64,000 bases of DNA from Verrucomicrobiota bacterium (GTDB lineage: Bacteria; Verrucomicrobiota; Verrucomicrobiia; Limisphaerales; UBA9464): the NCBI GenBank assembly GCA_043755815.1, contig JAYUSF010000224.1, positions 8,924 through 72,923 on the forward strand, given 5' to 3'. The notes beneath the pieces are model-generated. The model ran no database searches. It was not told the DNA's origin and worked only from the letters and a program-made list of their open reading frames with translations. Both the position numbers and the translations under genes were made by a program. The first letter of the stretch is position 1. Every line of letters begins with the position of its first letter. This document shows positions 16,026 to 26,481 of this stretch, one piece after another.

Positions 16026-17435
16026 ATGCTCAGCCGCCAGCGGCAACTCCTGACGAAACTGCACAAGCTGCTCGACGCAGCCTTGTTCGCCGCGGCGTTC
16101 TGGCTGGCCCACGCCATCCGTTCTATCGACTTCCTGGACCCCAACCACCTGATCCGGGAATTCGATGCCTATGCCTGGCTGCTGATCGTCATTGTCGTGC
16201 TCACGCCGCCGGTGCTGGAGCTGAACCGCTTTTACAACCGCTCGGTCTTCTCGTCGCGCCGCGACACGCTGTTCCAGCTGATCCGCTCCGGCATCTGGAT
16301 CTCGCTCATCGTCATCACGGTTCTGTTCTTCCGCAAAGACGAGAGCGCGCGCGGCGTCATGGTGCTTTTCACCCCGCTCGCCGCGACGCTGTGCTTCGCC
16401 AAGGAGGAACTGGTCCGCCGCTGGACCGTGGCCCGCTTCGGCAACAAGGCTTCCCGCCGCCGGGTGATCCTGCTCGGCGCCGGGGGGAACGGCAAACCGG
16501 GTGACGACACCGTCAAGCTTGAGAAGTCCGTTGCCGCCGGCTCCCACGGGGAAGTCGAGATCATCGCCCGGCTCGACATCAACGAACTGTCACCCAACCA
16601 ACTGGCGGAAACGCTTCACGAAACTTCGGCCAATGCCGTCATCATCTCGCCGCGACAGGCGTTGTTCGGCACGATTGAGCAGGCCATCCAGATCTGCGAA
16701 CTTGAGGGTGTTGACGTCTGGCTGCTCGCGGATTTTTTTCAGACCCGCCTCTCCCGGGCGAGCGCCGACGAACTCAACGGCCTCCCGGTGCTCGTCTTTC
16801 GGACCGGCCCCGACGCCTCCTGGCAGGCCCTGGCCAAGTCAGGCATCGACTTCTTCGGGGCTGCGACCCTGCTCCTGGGCGTCGTGCTCCTGGTCCCGAT
16901 CATTCCCATCGCCGCCCTGCTGATCCGGCTGAGCTCGCCCGGCCCCGTGTTCTTCCGGCAACAGCGCGCCGGCCTCAACGGCCAGCCGTTCACCATGCTG
17001 AAGTTCCGGACGATGGTGACCAACGCCGAACAGTTGAAGCAGGAGCTCGCCGCCCTCAACGAGATGTCGGGCCCCGTCTTCAAGGTCACCAACGATCCGC
17101 GCATCACCCCGCTCGGTCGCTTCCTCCGCAAATGGAGCATCGACGAGCTGCCCCAGCTCTTCAACGTGCTCCGCGGCGAGATGAGCCTCGTCGGCCCCCG
17201 CCCGCTGCCCGTGGACGAGGTCCGCCGCTTCGACGACCCCGCGCACCGGCGCCGGCTCAGCGTGAAGCCCGGCCTTACGTGCCTCTGGCAGGTGAGCGGC
17301 CGCAACAACGTCAAGGATTTCAAGGAATGGGTCCGCCTCGACCTCGAATACATCGACAACTGGTCGCTCTGGCTCGACGTAAAGATTTTGGTCCGGACCG
17401 TCCCCGCCGTCTTCGCCGGAACCGGCGCCAAGTGA
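16026..17435 (+). CDS. polyprenyl glycosylphosphotransferase (bacterial sugar transferase, EPS-priming enzyme)
   Basis: N-terminal TM segments, then [25 protein letters not shown] and [21 protein letters not shown]. Confidence 0.9.
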   Translation: MLSRQRQLLTKLHKLLDAALFAAAFWLAHAIRSIDFLDPNHLIREFDAYAWLLIVIVVLTPPVLELNRFYNRSVFSSRRDTLFQLIRSGIWISLIVITVLFFRKDESARGVMVLFTPLAATLCFAKEELVRRWTVARFGNKASRRRVILLGAGGNGKPGDDTVKLEKSVAAGSHGEVEIIARLDINELSPNQLAETLHETSANAVIISPRQALFGTIEQAIQICELEGVDVWLLADFFQTRLSRASADELNGLPVLVFRTGPDASWQALAKSGIDFFGAATLLLGVVLLVPIIPIAALLIRLSSPGPVFFRQQRAGLNGQPFTMLKFRTMVTNAEQLKQELAALNEMSGPVFKVTNDPRITPLGRFLRKWSIDELPQLFNVLRGEMSLVGPRPLPVDEVRRFDDPAHRRRLSVKPGLTCLWQVSGRNNVKDFKEWVRLDLEYIDNWSLWLDVKILVRTVPAVFAGTGAK

Positions 17436-17496
17436 CGTCCGGATCAATCCGGTGCCGATCGGCACTCCAGTTTTCGCGCCCTCAACCACCTTCCTT

Positions 17497-18489
17497 ATGC
17501 CCACGAAACCCACCCGTCGCCCCCCCGCCAAACCCATCGTTCAACCCGTCTCCGTCGTCACCGGCGGCGCTGGTTTTCTTGGCTCGCACCTCACGGACCT
17601 GCTCCTGTCGAAAGGGCACAAGGTGGTCATCATCGACAACCTGATCACCGGCTCGACCGACAACCTCGCGCACCTCGCCGGCCACGCGGACCTGAAGTTC
17701 ATCAAGCAGGACGTCACGGAGTTTCTCTACCTTGCCGGGCCGGTGGACTACGTCTGGCACTTCGCCTCGCCGGCCAGCCCGATTGACTACCTCGAACTCC
17801 CGATCCAGACGCTGAAGGTCGGTTCCTTGGGCACGCACAAGGCGCTCGGACTCGCCAAGGCCAAGGGCGCCCGCTTCCTGATCACCTCAACTTCCGAGAT
17901 TTACGGCGACCCGCTCGTGCATCCGCAGCGCGAAGACTACTGGGGCAATGTGAACACCATCGGGCCGCGCGGCTGTTACGATGAGTCCAAGCGGTTCGCC
18001 GAAGCGCTCGTGATGGCTTACCACCGCGAGCATGCCATCCCCACGCGCATGGTCCGCATCTTCAATACCTACGGCCCCCGCATGCGCCTCCATGACGGTC
18101 GCGTGGTCCCTGCCTTCATCAGCCAGGCACTGACAAACAAGCCGATCACGATCTTCGGCGACGGCAAACAGACGCGTTCCTTCTGCTACGTCAGCGACCT
18201 GATCGCCGGCATCTATCGCCTGATGATGAGCGAAGGAAAGGATGCCCACCTGCCGACCAACATCGGCAACCCGCACGAACTGACCATGCTTCAGTTCGCC
18301 CAGGAGATCATCAAGGCCACCGGCTCGAAGTCGAAGATCGTCCACAAGCCCCTGCCCCAGGACGACCCCAAGCAACGCCAACCCGACATCACCCGCGCCC
18401 GCAAGACGCTCGGCTGGGAGCCCAAGGTGCAATTGGCTGAGGGCCTGACCGGGACCATCGATTATTTCCGCGGGCGGTTGGGCCGGTGA
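17497..18489 (+). CDS. UDP-glucuronate decarboxylase (UDP-xylose synthase), SDR family
   Basis: [13 protein letters not shown] Rossmann motif, [11 protein letters not shown] catalytic YxxxK, and [11 protein letters not shown] typical of UXS. ATG 17497 is preferred over the track start. Confidence 0.85.
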   Translation: MPTKPTRRPPAKPIVQPVSVVTGGAGFLGSHLTDLLLSKGHKVVIIDNLITGSTDNLAHLAGHADLKFIKQDVTEFLYLAGPVDYVWHFASPASPIDYLELPIQTLKVGSLGTHKALGLAKAKGARFLITSTSEIYGDPLVHPQREDYWGNVNTIGPRGCYDESKRFAEALVMAYHREHAIPTRMVRIFNTYGPRMRLHDGRVVPAFISQALTNKPITIFGDGKQTRSFCYVSDLIAGIYRLMMSEGKDAHLPTNIGNPHELTMLQFAQEIIKATGSKSKIVHKPLPQDDPKQRQPDITRARKTLGWEPKVQLAEGLTGTIDYFRGRLGR

Positions 18490-18513
18490 ACCGTCCCGTT
18501 GGGTAAATCCGTC

Positions 18514-18843
18514 ATGAAGCCAATGGCCAAGCTGTGGGATTTCGCTTTGGGAGTCCTCCTAATCGGCTCATTGCCCATGGTCATGTTCGTATTGGTGATG
18601 GGTTTGGGGACGTTGATTAAGCCGGATCCCAACGGAACTCCCGACCTGATTGGGACTGCGATGGTGTTCGCCGCCGCCTTCACCCTGCCATTGGCCACCC
18701 TGGTTTTCGTATGCCGCTGGCGAAAAACGCATCGGCGGCTCCCAGTCTCGTTTCTATGGATTGAAGTCCTGCTGGGTTTGGTTACAGGAGCCGCTTATTT
18801 CGTCTACCTCGTCGCCATGTGGGGCTTTGCTAGCATCAATTGA
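18514..18843 (+). CDS. small membrane protein (hypothetical)
   Basis: Three hydrophobic spans (LGVLLIGSLPMVMFVLVMGLG, MVFAAAFTLPLATLVFV, VLLGLVTGAAYFVYLVAMW). No recognisable family. By eye more A/T-rich than its neighbours. Confidence 0.5.
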   Translation: MKPMAKLWDFALGVLLIGSLPMVMFVLVMGLGTLIKPDPNGTPDLIGTAMVFAAAFTLPLATLVFVCRWRKTHRRLPVSFLWIEVLLGLVTGAAYFVYLVAMWGFASIN

Positions 18844-18938
18844 CCGACCGGAAGGCCACTCCGTGACGGACGACACCTTCAGCGGTCCAAAACCACCGTG
18901 ACAGGCTTCCCGCACGCTGCTTGGTTCCTCCCGACTCC

Positions 18939-20195
18939 ATGGTCCCCTTGGCCCTCATCGGCGAAAGCATCCTGATCGCCATCGGCATCCTCGGGCTGGC
19001 GTTCTTCTTCCTGTGGCGCATGGCCAAGGGCGGCGGCAATGACGGCGGACTGCTTTCCCTGCCGGCCAAACTCCTCCTGACCGCCGTGCTGCTCGCGACG
19101 CTCGGCTACATGTTCCACCAGGGACGCGGCGGCAACCGGGGCGGGGCGGCGATCGCCCTGTTCACGGTCCTGCTGGTCGCCTTTCCGCTCGTGGTCATGT
19201 GGCTGCCCCAAGTCATCGAAACCGTGCTCAGCCCGTTCTTCGGTTCACTGACCGGCGGCAACGAACAGGTCGAAGCTAGGCCGATGTATTTCCGCGCCGT
19301 CGGCCTGCGTAAGCGGGGCGAATACTCCGCCGCCATCGAGGCCGCCGAGGCCGAACTCGCGCGCTTCCCCGACGATCTCGATGGGCTGCTCCTGATGGCC
19401 GACATTCGCAGCGTTGACCTGCGGGATCCGGCCGGGGCGTTGGGCCTGCTGGAACTTGCCGTGCTTGAGCCCAAACGCGCGCCGGCCAGCGTGGCGCTCC
19501 TGCTCAGCCACATCGCCGACCTGCAGGTGAACAAGCTCAACAACCCCGATGCCGCACGGGGCTCCCTGCGCCGGATTGTAACCGAGTTTCCCGGCACCGA
19601 TGCCGCCGTGTTGGCGCAGCAGCGCCTGGCGCACCTTCCTGGCGAGCAGCAACTGCTCGAACGCTTCGACCGCCCCAAGCTCATCGTCCACCACCACCCG
19701 GGTAACCTCGGCCTCGACTCCACGGCCATTCCCGCGAACTCCGACTCGGAAACCGCCCTGCAACGCGCCGGCGAACTGGTCCGCCATCTCACCGAATTCC
19801 CCGACGACTGGGAACGGCGCGAGGAATTGGCCCGACTCTACGTCGATCCTCTGGGCCGATCCGAGATGGCGACGGCGGAGATGGAACATCTCATCCAGCA
19901 TCCCGACGCGCAGTCCCGCCACATCGCCCGCTGGCTCAACGAAATGGCCGACCTCCAGCTCAAGGCTCCGGACGGAGTCGATGCGGCCAAACTCACCTTG
20001 GAACGCCTCACGACCCGGTTCCCCAACACCCCGTGGGCGGAGCAGGCCGCCGCCCGCATCCGCCTGCTCGGCCTCGACCGTCGCGGCAAGGAGGCGACCC
20101 GCACCCTCCGGTTGGGCACCTACGAGCAGAACATCGGGCTGAAGCGCGGTGACCCGACCATCCCCGATCCGGCCAAGGGAACGAACCCCGAGTAG
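18939..20195 (+). CDS. membrane-anchored TPR repeat protein
   Basis: N-terminal TM spans (LALIGESILIAIGILGLAFFFLW, LLLTAVLLATLGYMF, AIALFTVLLVAFPLVVMW), then TPR-like helices (YFRAVGLRKRGEYSAAIEAAEAELARFPDD...). Confidence 0.65.
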   Translation: MVPLALIGESILIAIGILGLAFFFLWRMAKGGGNDGGLLSLPAKLLLTAVLLATLGYMFHQGRGGNRGGAAIALFTVLLVAFPLVVMWLPQVIETVLSPFFGSLTGGNEQVEARPMYFRAVGLRKRGEYSAAIEAAEAELARFPDDLDGLLLMADIRSVDLRDPAGALGLLELAVLEPKRAPASVALLLSHIADLQVNKLNNPDAARGSLRRIVTEFPGTDAAVLAQQRLAHLPGEQQLLERFDRPKLIVHHHPGNLGLDSTAIPANSDSETALQRAGELVRHLTEFPDDWERREELARLYVDPLGRSEMATAEMEHLIQHPDAQSRHIARWLNEMADLQLKAPDGVDAAKLTLERLTTRFPNTPWAEQAAARIRLLGLDRRGKEATRTLRLGTYEQNIGLKRGDPTIPDPAKGTNPE

Positions 20196-20367
20196 ATGCA
20201 GACACAGCCTTCTCCGTCGTTCGAATCGTAGCGGCCGGCTTGCCGTTAAAACACGCCACGTAGAGTGAAGGTTTGTTGCCGGCACTGGCCGTAACCACAT
20301 CGGCAGGCGACCCGCCACTGGCAACGCAGAGCCCCCGTCCCTCTTCGCCTGAAGTTCCGGGGCAGGC

Positions 20368-21567
20368 TCAGTTTGGGAATTTTTCCTGACCGACCCTTCG
20401 GAGATGGGCAGCGCGCAACAATTCGATCGCACGAACGACGAGCTTTGAATCCATCTCGTGAACTTCCACTCCGATTCCAAGGTCGCGGAGCAGGGTGATC
20501 GTCAACTCGCCTCCCAGATGTTCACGGAATTCTTCGAGTCCGGCCGTGATGATGAGCTGTCCCGCCGCATCTACCCGGACAAGTTCCTCGGCGAACAGGT
20601 CGAAACCAAACCGCTCCAACAGCCGGAGCACCCGCCCGGCCGGGACCGGGGGCAACAATCGGGAGAGTTGCGCGACGTTCACATCGAGGGCTATGCCAAT
20701 GGCGACTGCCTCTCCGTGGCTGATTCGATAAGCGGAGAGCTGCTCGATCTTGTGTGCCGCCCAATGTCCGAAATCAAGCGGGCGAGCGCTCCCCATCTCA
20801 AAGGGATCACCACCGAATGCGATGTGATCAAGGTGCAGTTCGGCACTCCGGAAGATCAGATGTTTCGTCGGCTCCGTCGCGAAGGCCGCCAAGGCTTCCG
20901 CATTCAGCTCAATCCAGTCAAAGAAGGCGCGGTCACGAATGCAGGACACCTTGATGGCCTCCACAAATCCCGCCCGCTTGTCCCGCGGAGAAAGCGTGTC
21001 GAGCAGGGAGAAGTCGTTGATGACGGCAAACGGCGGGGCGAAGGTGCCGACGAAGTTCTTTTTCCCGAAGGCGTTGATGCCGTTTTTTACGCCCACTCCG
21101 GAATCCCCCTGTGCCAGCGTGGTCGTGGGAATCCGGATGAGGCGAACCCCCCGGTGAGCCGTCGCCGCCGCCAGCCCGGTCATGTCGAGCAGCGCGCCCC
21201 CGCCCACCGCAACCAGATAACTGTGTCGGTCAATGCGGTATCGGTTGATCAGCGCATGAACCGCAGTGACCTGGGCAAGGTCATTCTTAACCGCTTCACC
21301 GCCCATGACGAGCACGGGCGGACAGGCCAGTTCCAGGTGGATCGAATGCGCGGAAAAATAGTCGCGGATGGAATCCACCAAGGAGCCATGCGCCTTTGCG
21401 AGCGCCTCATCAACGATCACCAGCACCTTGGCGCGACGGCCCGTCACCGCTCCACCGGATGCGGTTAGCACGTCACGGAGGACACAATTGTCCGAACCGA
21501 AGACGCGGTCAGTGAAGTGGACCTGCTGCCGCCAATGCACACTAATGGTGCGCTCGATCGTCGCCAT
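20368..21567 (-). CDS. 3-dehydroquinate synthase family protein (AroB-like sugar-phosphate cyclase)
   Basis: VAVGGGALLDMTGLAAATAHRG, RIPTTTLAQGDSGVGVKNGIN, FVEAIKV and HGEAVAIG metal-ligand-type blocks. Whether it is a true AroB or another cyclase cannot be decided by eye. Confidence 0.75.
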   Translation of the reverse strand: MATIERTISVHWRQQVHFTDRVFGSDNCVLRDVLTASGGAVTGRRAKVLVIVDEALAKAHGSLVDSIRDYFSAHSIHLELACPPVLVMGGEAVKNDLAQVTAVHALINRYRIDRHSYLVAVGGGALLDMTGLAAATAHRGVRLIRIPTTTLAQGDSGVGVKNGINAFGKKNFVGTFAPPFAVINDFSLLDTLSPRDKRAGFVEAIKVSCIRDRAFFDWIELNAEALAAFATEPTKHLIFRSAELHLDHIAFGGDPFEMGSARPLDFGHWAAHKIEQLSAYRISHGEAVAIGIALDVNVAQLSRLLPPVPAGRVLRLLERFGFDLFAEELVRVDAAGQLIITAGLEEFREHLGGELTITLLRDLGIGVEVHEMDSKLVVRAIELLRAAHLRRVGQEKFPN

Positions 21568-21848
21568 CGGTGTTATGTTAATGTTGGAACTGCGACCGCC
21601 AAACCGGAACCTGCCGAGGTGAGGGGCGATGCTTCCAGATGCCCAATGGATTTCGAAGCGAAACCTCTGAGTTTTTCGCCCAAAATGCGGACCCGGAAAG
21701 TCGGCTTCGCGAGTAACGTGGTCGGAAGCGAGTCGCAGTTCGGTGGCACTCCTGCCGGCGGCGGCCCGGCCGCCTTCGTCGGTTGAACGTAACCGACCGT
21801 TAGCGGACTCCCGGCATTCAGGCCCGCCGCCGGTGAGTTCACCCCGCT

Positions 21849-22496
21849 CTAACCCAGAAATTTCACCAACTCCGCGTAGAGGCTAGCGCGGTCGGCCAGC
21901 GCCGTCAGCGTTCCGTCGCGAAGCAGCAGTCCAAAGCCGCTTCCGTAGGCGGCGCCGTTGACGACACACCCGTCTGTGGCCGCTTCCCTCAGTTGGCGGC
22001 GTCCGGCTTCAACGGCCGCCTCGCGGTCGCCGTCCAATTCGTATTTCCAACCGACGATCCGTCCGTTGGGAAACCAAAGGGGAGTCTGAAGAAGGATTTT
22101 GGGAACGGGTCGCAATTCTACCCACAGGGAACCGGACCGGGTGGAAATCTTTTTGGCGCCAACGGGATGCAACTCGCCGCCGGCATCTCGGACAAAAATG
22201 CCGCCTCCGGTAAAATCGGAAACCGCCGCGGCGTGAAAAACTGCGACGGGATCCGGAGTCGCCAACTGCTCCAACGCCTTGGCCAACGAGCCGGTAGTGG
22301 AAAATCGGCGCACTTCGACCGCGGCCAGCGGACGCTGCCAAACCGCCGTCTCGCTGAGCAACAAAACCACCTCGTGGCCTGCGCCCGCGAAGACATTGGC
22401 CAAGTCCCCGCCGAGCGAACCGGTGGAGAAGTTGGTCAACCGCCGGGCACCATCGAGTGGCTCCCAAGTTGGCCCAGCGGTCACGATGCAGCGCAT
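21849..22496 (-). CDS. phosphopantothenate--cysteine ligase-like protein (CoaB/DFP C-terminal domain only)
   Basis: MRCIVTAGPTWEPLDGARRLTNFSTGSLGGDLA...AAAVSDF matches the CoaB fold signature. No CoaC flavoprotein half is present. Confidence 0.7.
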   Translation of the reverse strand: MRCIVTAGPTWEPLDGARRLTNFSTGSLGGDLANVFAGAGHEVVLLLSETAVWQRPLAAVEVRRFSTTGSLAKALEQLATPDPVAVFHAAAVSDFTGGGIFVRDAGGELHPVGAKKISTRSGSLWVELRPVPKILLQTPLWFPNGRIVGWKYELDGDREAAVEAGRRQLREAATDGCVVNGAAYGSGFGLLLRDGTLTALADRASLYAELVKFLG

Positions 22497-22550
22497 CGGG
22501 AAACGGTAAAGATAACCGCTTCATCCGCCAATCGCTCGTTACCGGCACCG

Positions 22551-22595
22551 CCAACGAGAAAACGGCGGAGTCCGAAGACTCCGCCGTTTTTGGAG
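22551..22595 (-). terminator. rho-independent (bidirectional-looking) terminator downstream of rplS
   Basis: Minus-strand reading: AAAACGGCGGAGTC-TTCG-GACTCCGCCGTTTT-CTCGTT, about 20 nt after the rplS stop. Confidence 0.7.
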
Positions 22596-22611
22596 ACAAA
22601 TCCGGGGCGGA

Positions 22612-22983
22612 CTACTTGCCCGTAAATTCGCGCTCTTGAACCGCCATCGCGCCCTTGCCGAGACGCTTGCGGAGGTAGGTCAGCTTGGCCCGGCGAACTT
22701 TGCCGTGGCGTTCAATTTCGACCCTGTCGACCCGCGGCGAATGGAAGGGGAAAATGCGCTCCACCCCTTCGCCGTAGCTGATCCGGCGAACGGTGAAGGT
22801 CTTGTTCAAGGCATGCCCGCGCATGCCGATCACCAAGCCCGCAAAGACCTGAACCCGTTCCTTGTCCCCTTCGACGACCTTGGTGTGGACCTTCACCGAG
22901 TCACCGACGTTGAACTTGAGCGGCTCCTTCCGGAATTGCTCGCCCTCAATCTTGTCAAACAGTGCACCTTTGTTCAGCTTCAT
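22612..22983 (-). CDS. rplS: 50S ribosomal protein L19
   Basis: [33 protein letters not shown]...[29 protein letters not shown]. Confidence 0.95.
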   Translation of the reverse strand: MKLNKGALFDKIEGEQFRKEPLKFNVGDSVKVHTKVVEGDKERVQVFAGLVIGMRGHALNKTFTVRRISYGEGVERIFPFHSPRVDRVEIERHGKVRRAKLTYLRKRLGKGAMAVQEREFTGK

Positions 22984-23018
22984 ATTAATTCCTCAGTAAA
23001 TTGTCACTTTTTCGACCG

Positions 23019-23720
23019 TTAAATGTTCCGCTTCCACCGCTTGTCCTCCCACAGGTCCGGACGTTTCTCCGCCGTTCGCCTTACCGCCTGCGCCTGTCTC
23101 CATTCCCGGATCGCCGCATGGTTGCCGGAGGTCAGGATCTCCGGAACCCTCCAGCCCCGGAATTCGACCGGCCGGGTGTAATGCGGATACTCCAGCATCC
23201 CCTGGCCGAACGATTCATCGACACTGCTGGCGTCATCTCCAAGTGTCCCGGGTAACAGCCGGGCCACAACATCAATGATGACCATGGCCGGCAGGTTACC
23301 GTTGGTCAGCACAAAATCCCCGATGCTCAAATCGTCATCCACAAGGTGCTCACGCACCCGCTCGTCGTAACCTTCGTAGCTACCGCACAGGAACAGCAGT
23401 GACTCTTCCTTTACCAGCTCGCGGGCAATCGCCTGGTCAAAACGACGGCCGCTGGGCGAAGTCAGGATCACCTTCATGCGATCACTGCGTTCGGCCTTGA
23501 GGGCTTCGACGGCTTCAAAGAGCGGTTCCGGCTTCAGGACCATTCCGGGCCCGCCGCCGTAGGGACTGTCATCAACCGTCCGGTGACGGTCATGGGTCCA
23601 GTCCCGCAAATCATGGATCCTAAGGTCAAGGATTCCCGCCTTTCGCGCCCGCTTGATGATGCTTTCATCCAACGGCCCCGTAAACATCGCGGGAAACAGG
23701 GTCAATACGTCAATTTTCAT
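23019..23720 (-). CDS. trmD: tRNA (guanine37-N1)-methyltransferase
   Basis: MKIDVLTLFPAMF start and SPYGGGPGMVLKPEP. ATG 23720 is preferred over the TTG at 23726. Confidence 0.93.
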   Translation of the reverse strand: MKIDVLTLFPAMFTGPLDESIIKRARKAGILDLRIHDLRDWTHDRHRTVDDSPYGGGPGMVLKPEPLFEAVEALKAERSDRMKVILTSPSGRRFDQAIARELVKEESLLFLCGSYEGYDERVREHLVDDDLSIGDFVLTNGNLPAMVIIDVVARLLPGTLGDDASSVDESFGQGMLEYPHYTRPVEFRGWRVPEILTSGNHAAIREWRQAQAVRRTAEKRPDLWEDKRWKRNI

Positions 23721-23762
23721 CGGCAAAACACGCGGTCCTGTTCACCCGCGCGGGCCGTCCGT

Positions 23763-23996
23763 TCAGTCGTCGATCAGGTCCACCACGCAGCGAACGCCTT
23801 TTTTCTGGGCACCCAACTGCACCAGCGACCGGAGCGCCTGAATCGTGCTGCCCCGACGACCGATGATCTTTCCCGCATCTGCCGGCGCCACATGGAGCTC
23901 ATAGGCGGTCAGCCCACTTTTCTCCACGGCCTTGACCTGCACGGCGTCAGGCTGATCCACCAACCCTTTCACCACGTATTCGAGGAACGCTTGCAT
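23763..23996 (-). CDS. KH domain RNA-binding protein (UPF0109/YlqC-like)
   Basis: 77 aa with GKIIGRRGSTIQALRSL (a GxxG KH motif), in the conserved position between rpsP and trmD. Confidence 0.88.
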   Translation of the reverse strand: MQAFLEYVVKGLVDQPDAVQVKAVEKSGLTAYELHVAPADAGKIIGRRGSTIQALRSLVQLGAQKKGVRCVVDLIDD

Positions 23997-24021
23997 GGTC
24001 TGTTGGCGCGATGCGCTGAAA

Positions 24022-24288
24022 TCAAGCAGCCGGAGCGGCAGTCGCGGCGGCCTTGCGGGCCTTTTTGATCATGCTGGCCACGGTTTCGGACGGCTGTGCA
24101 CCGACCTTCAGCCAGTATTCCGCCCGTTCCAGCTTGAGGGTGAAATTAATTTCACCGGCCTGAAGCGGATGATAGGTTCCCAGCTCTTCCAGGAACTTGC
24201 CATCCCGCGGACTCCGCTGATCAGCGGCGACCACACGGAAAACCGGTTTGTTTTTTGCGCCAACGCGCTTCAAACGGAGTCTAACCAT
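24022..24288 (-). CDS. rpsP: 30S ribosomal protein S16
   Basis: MVRLRLKRVGAKNKPVFRVVAADQRSPRDGKFLEELGTYHP. ATG at 24288; the upstream extension in the track ORF is rejected. Confidence 0.95.
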   Translation of the reverse strand: MVRLRLKRVGAKNKPVFRVVAADQRSPRDGKFLEELGTYHPLQAGEINFTLKLERAEYWLKVGAQPSETVASMIKKARKAAATAAPAA

Positions 24289-24388
24289 ACAAATTCTATC
24301 GTTCTGCCGGGGTGTATCCCGGCGTTTGCCTTCAAAGGAGGGCGGAAAGTGACGAGCCAGAGCCCGGTGTGCAAGCCATGTTTTCAGT

Positions 24389-24937
24389 TCACTTGAAGAC
24401 GGTGAGCCCCAACACAATCACGAACACCCCCCAAATCAGCCCGCTGGCCGCTGCCAATCTAAGCCTTCCCTCGGAGGCCGTCACCCACGCCAGCCAATCC
24501 CGCAGCCGCCACGGCGACACCGACAGCCACAGGCCGACAAGCACCCAGACGTAGGCCCAGCCGCTGATGGCCCAACGGAAATTGCTGTCGTGCCAGCGTG
24601 CCTTTTCGCACATCAGCCAGGCCAGCATCAGCAGAAAAACCGTCAATCCGCGGACTGAAAGAAAATCCCGGACAAAGACACAGCAGCCCACTCCGACCGC
24701 GCCGAAGCCGATCAGCATGAGGTTCTTGTAGGCCGCGATGTCCTGGAGCTGCTCCTGATACAGGTTCCATTCAAACCAAGCCGTGCCGACCAGCATCAGC
24801 AACACGCCCACGGCATGCCGGCGGTGGAACCCGCGCAGCCACGAGGTGGCCGGTTTCACCTGCAGCAACGTCCATCCGTGCGTCAGGATCATGCCGGCCC
24901 CAAGGGCGAGGCAGAGCTGGGAAAGGGTAACCTTCAT
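24389..24937 (-). CDS. polytopic membrane protein (hypothetical)
   Basis: 182 aa with about 6 hydrophobic spans. No recognisable family motif. Confidence 0.55.
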   Translation of the reverse strand: MKVTLSQLCLALGAGMILTHGWTLLQVKPATSWLRGFHRRHAVGVLLMLVGTAWFEWNLYQEQLQDIAAYKNLMLIGFGAVGVGCCVFVRDFLSVRGLTVFLLMLAWLMCEKARWHDSNFRWAISGWAYVWVLVGLWLSVSPWRLRDWLAWVTASEGRLRLAAASGLIWGVFVIVLGLTVFK

Positions 24938-24944
24938 TCGTGGT

Positions 24945-26357
24945 TCAGGCAGAAAGTGGATTCAAAGACTTCGCGGCCATTTCAGGATCGCCCGCTTCGT
25001 CCCCCAGGCCGATCACCGCGGGATCGCCATAGAGCGTGAACGAGCCGGTCCGTTCGATGCGCAGGTTCATGAGCTGGCCGCGATGCCGCTCGCTGCCCGG
25101 GAAAACCACGATCTTGTTGGAACGGGTCCGGCCCTCGTAGCGGGCGGGATTCCGACGGCTCGGACCTTCGACGAGGATCTCCACGGTCTCGCCGATCAGG
25201 GCGTCGTAGTTCCGGGCCGCGAGCTCGTTCGTCAGCGTCATCAGCCGCTGATGCCGTTCCTCGATGACCGCCTCGGGCAGCTGGTCCGGCATCGCCGCGG
25301 CCGGCGTGTCCTTGCGCGGCGAATACTTGAACACGTAGGCGAGGTCGAACCCGATCTCCCGGCACAGCGACAGCGTCTCCTCGAAGTCCGCCTCGGTCTC
25401 GCCGGGGAAACCCACGATGATGTCCGTGCTGACGCCGATTCCCGGCTTCACCCGGCGCAGCTTCCCGATGATTTCGGCAAACCGTTCCCGCGTGTAGCCG
25501 CGGTGCATGAGCTTGAGCAGCCGGTCGGAACCGCTCTGCAACGGCAGGTGCGCCGACTCCACCAGCTTCGGCAGCCGGCCAAACGCCTCGATCAGGTCGT
25601 CACCGTAGCCCTTGGGATGCGGCGAGGTGAACCGGATGCGTTCCAGCCCTTCGATTTCATGCACCGCCTCGATGAGCTGCACGAAGGCCGACTTGCCCTC
25701 CTTCAGCGGGTAATCGCGCTTGCCGTAGCTCGTAACGATCTGCCCGAGCAAGGTGACTTCCCGGACACCGCGCGCGACCAGTTCGCGGCATTCGCCCACG
25801 ATGTCGGGAATCGTCCGGCTGCGCTCCTCGCCGCGCGTGAAGGGCACGATGCAGAACGTGCAGTGTTGGTTGCAGCCCTGCATGATGCTGACAAACGCCG
25901 TCACCGACTTCTTGTCCGCCGCACCGGTCAGGAGATGCTCGCGAATCGTCGCCTGCGAACCGCTTTCCTCCGCCGTGTCCACGATCTTGTCGCGGCGACC
26001 GGACAGCAAATCGTCCAGATACTCCGCCGCCCGGTGAAACTTCTGCGTGCCGAGCACCAGATCGACGTCCGGCAGCGACTCCACGAGCTGTTTCCCCCGG
26101 CTCTGCGCCATGCAGCCCATGAAGCCCAAGATCGGCTGGCGGCCCTCCTTCCGGGCGATGCCGGCGAGGTTCTCCATCTTCCAGATCGCCTTCTGTTCGG
26201 CGAGATCCCGCACGGAACAGGTGTTGAGCAAGACGACGTCCGCCACGCTCTCGTGCGGCGCGAGGGCATAGCCCTTGGCGACGAGCTGCGCGGCGACGGC
26301 CTCGCTGTCGCGCTCGTTCATCTGGCAACCGTAGGTCTTGATGAAAACACTGGGCAT
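24945..26357 (-). CDS. miaB: tRNA-2-methylthio-N6-dimethylallyladenosine synthase
   Basis: MPSVFIKTYGCQMNERDSE N-terminus, radical-SAM IMQGCNQHCTFCIVPFTRG, and a TRAM-like C-terminus. ATG 26357. Confidence 0.93.
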   Translation of the reverse strand: MPSVFIKTYGCQMNERDSEAVAAQLVAKGYALAPHESVADVVLLNTCSVRDLAEQKAIWKMENLAGIARKEGRQPILGFMGCMAQSRGKQLVESLPDVDLVLGTQKFHRAAEYLDDLLSGRRDKIVDTAEESGSQATIREHLLTGAADKKSVTAFVSIMQGCNQHCTFCIVPFTRGEERSRTIPDIVGECRELVARGVREVTLLGQIVTSYGKRDYPLKEGKSAFVQLIEAVHEIEGLERIRFTSPHPKGYGDDLIEAFGRLPKLVESAHLPLQSGSDRLLKLMHRGYTRERFAEIIGKLRRVKPGIGVSTDIIVGFPGETEADFEETLSLCREIGFDLAYVFKYSPRKDTPAAAMPDQLPEAVIEERHQRLMTLTNELAARNYDALIGETVEILVEGPSRRNPARYEGRTRSNKIVVFPGSERHRGQLMNLRIERTGSFTLYGDPAVIGLGDEAGDPEMAAKSLNPLSA

Positions 26358-26481
26358 CCCTGCGAAAGTGCCGCGGACCGTAGGGAAACACCCCCGGCCG
26401 CGCCACCGGGTTTTTTCCGGAGTGCAAGGAAGAGTCGTCAGGGAAGCCCAAACCAAGGAAGTCCGCACACCGCTCGGTCCC

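Noticed and set aside
26389-26420. Hairpin CCCGG-N8-CCGGG followed by T6 between the giant gene and miaB.
   Set aside because: The stem is only 5 bp and the T-tract is on the plus strand, opposite to both flanking genes. It may assist termination of the giant gene, but the support is too weak to list as a feature.
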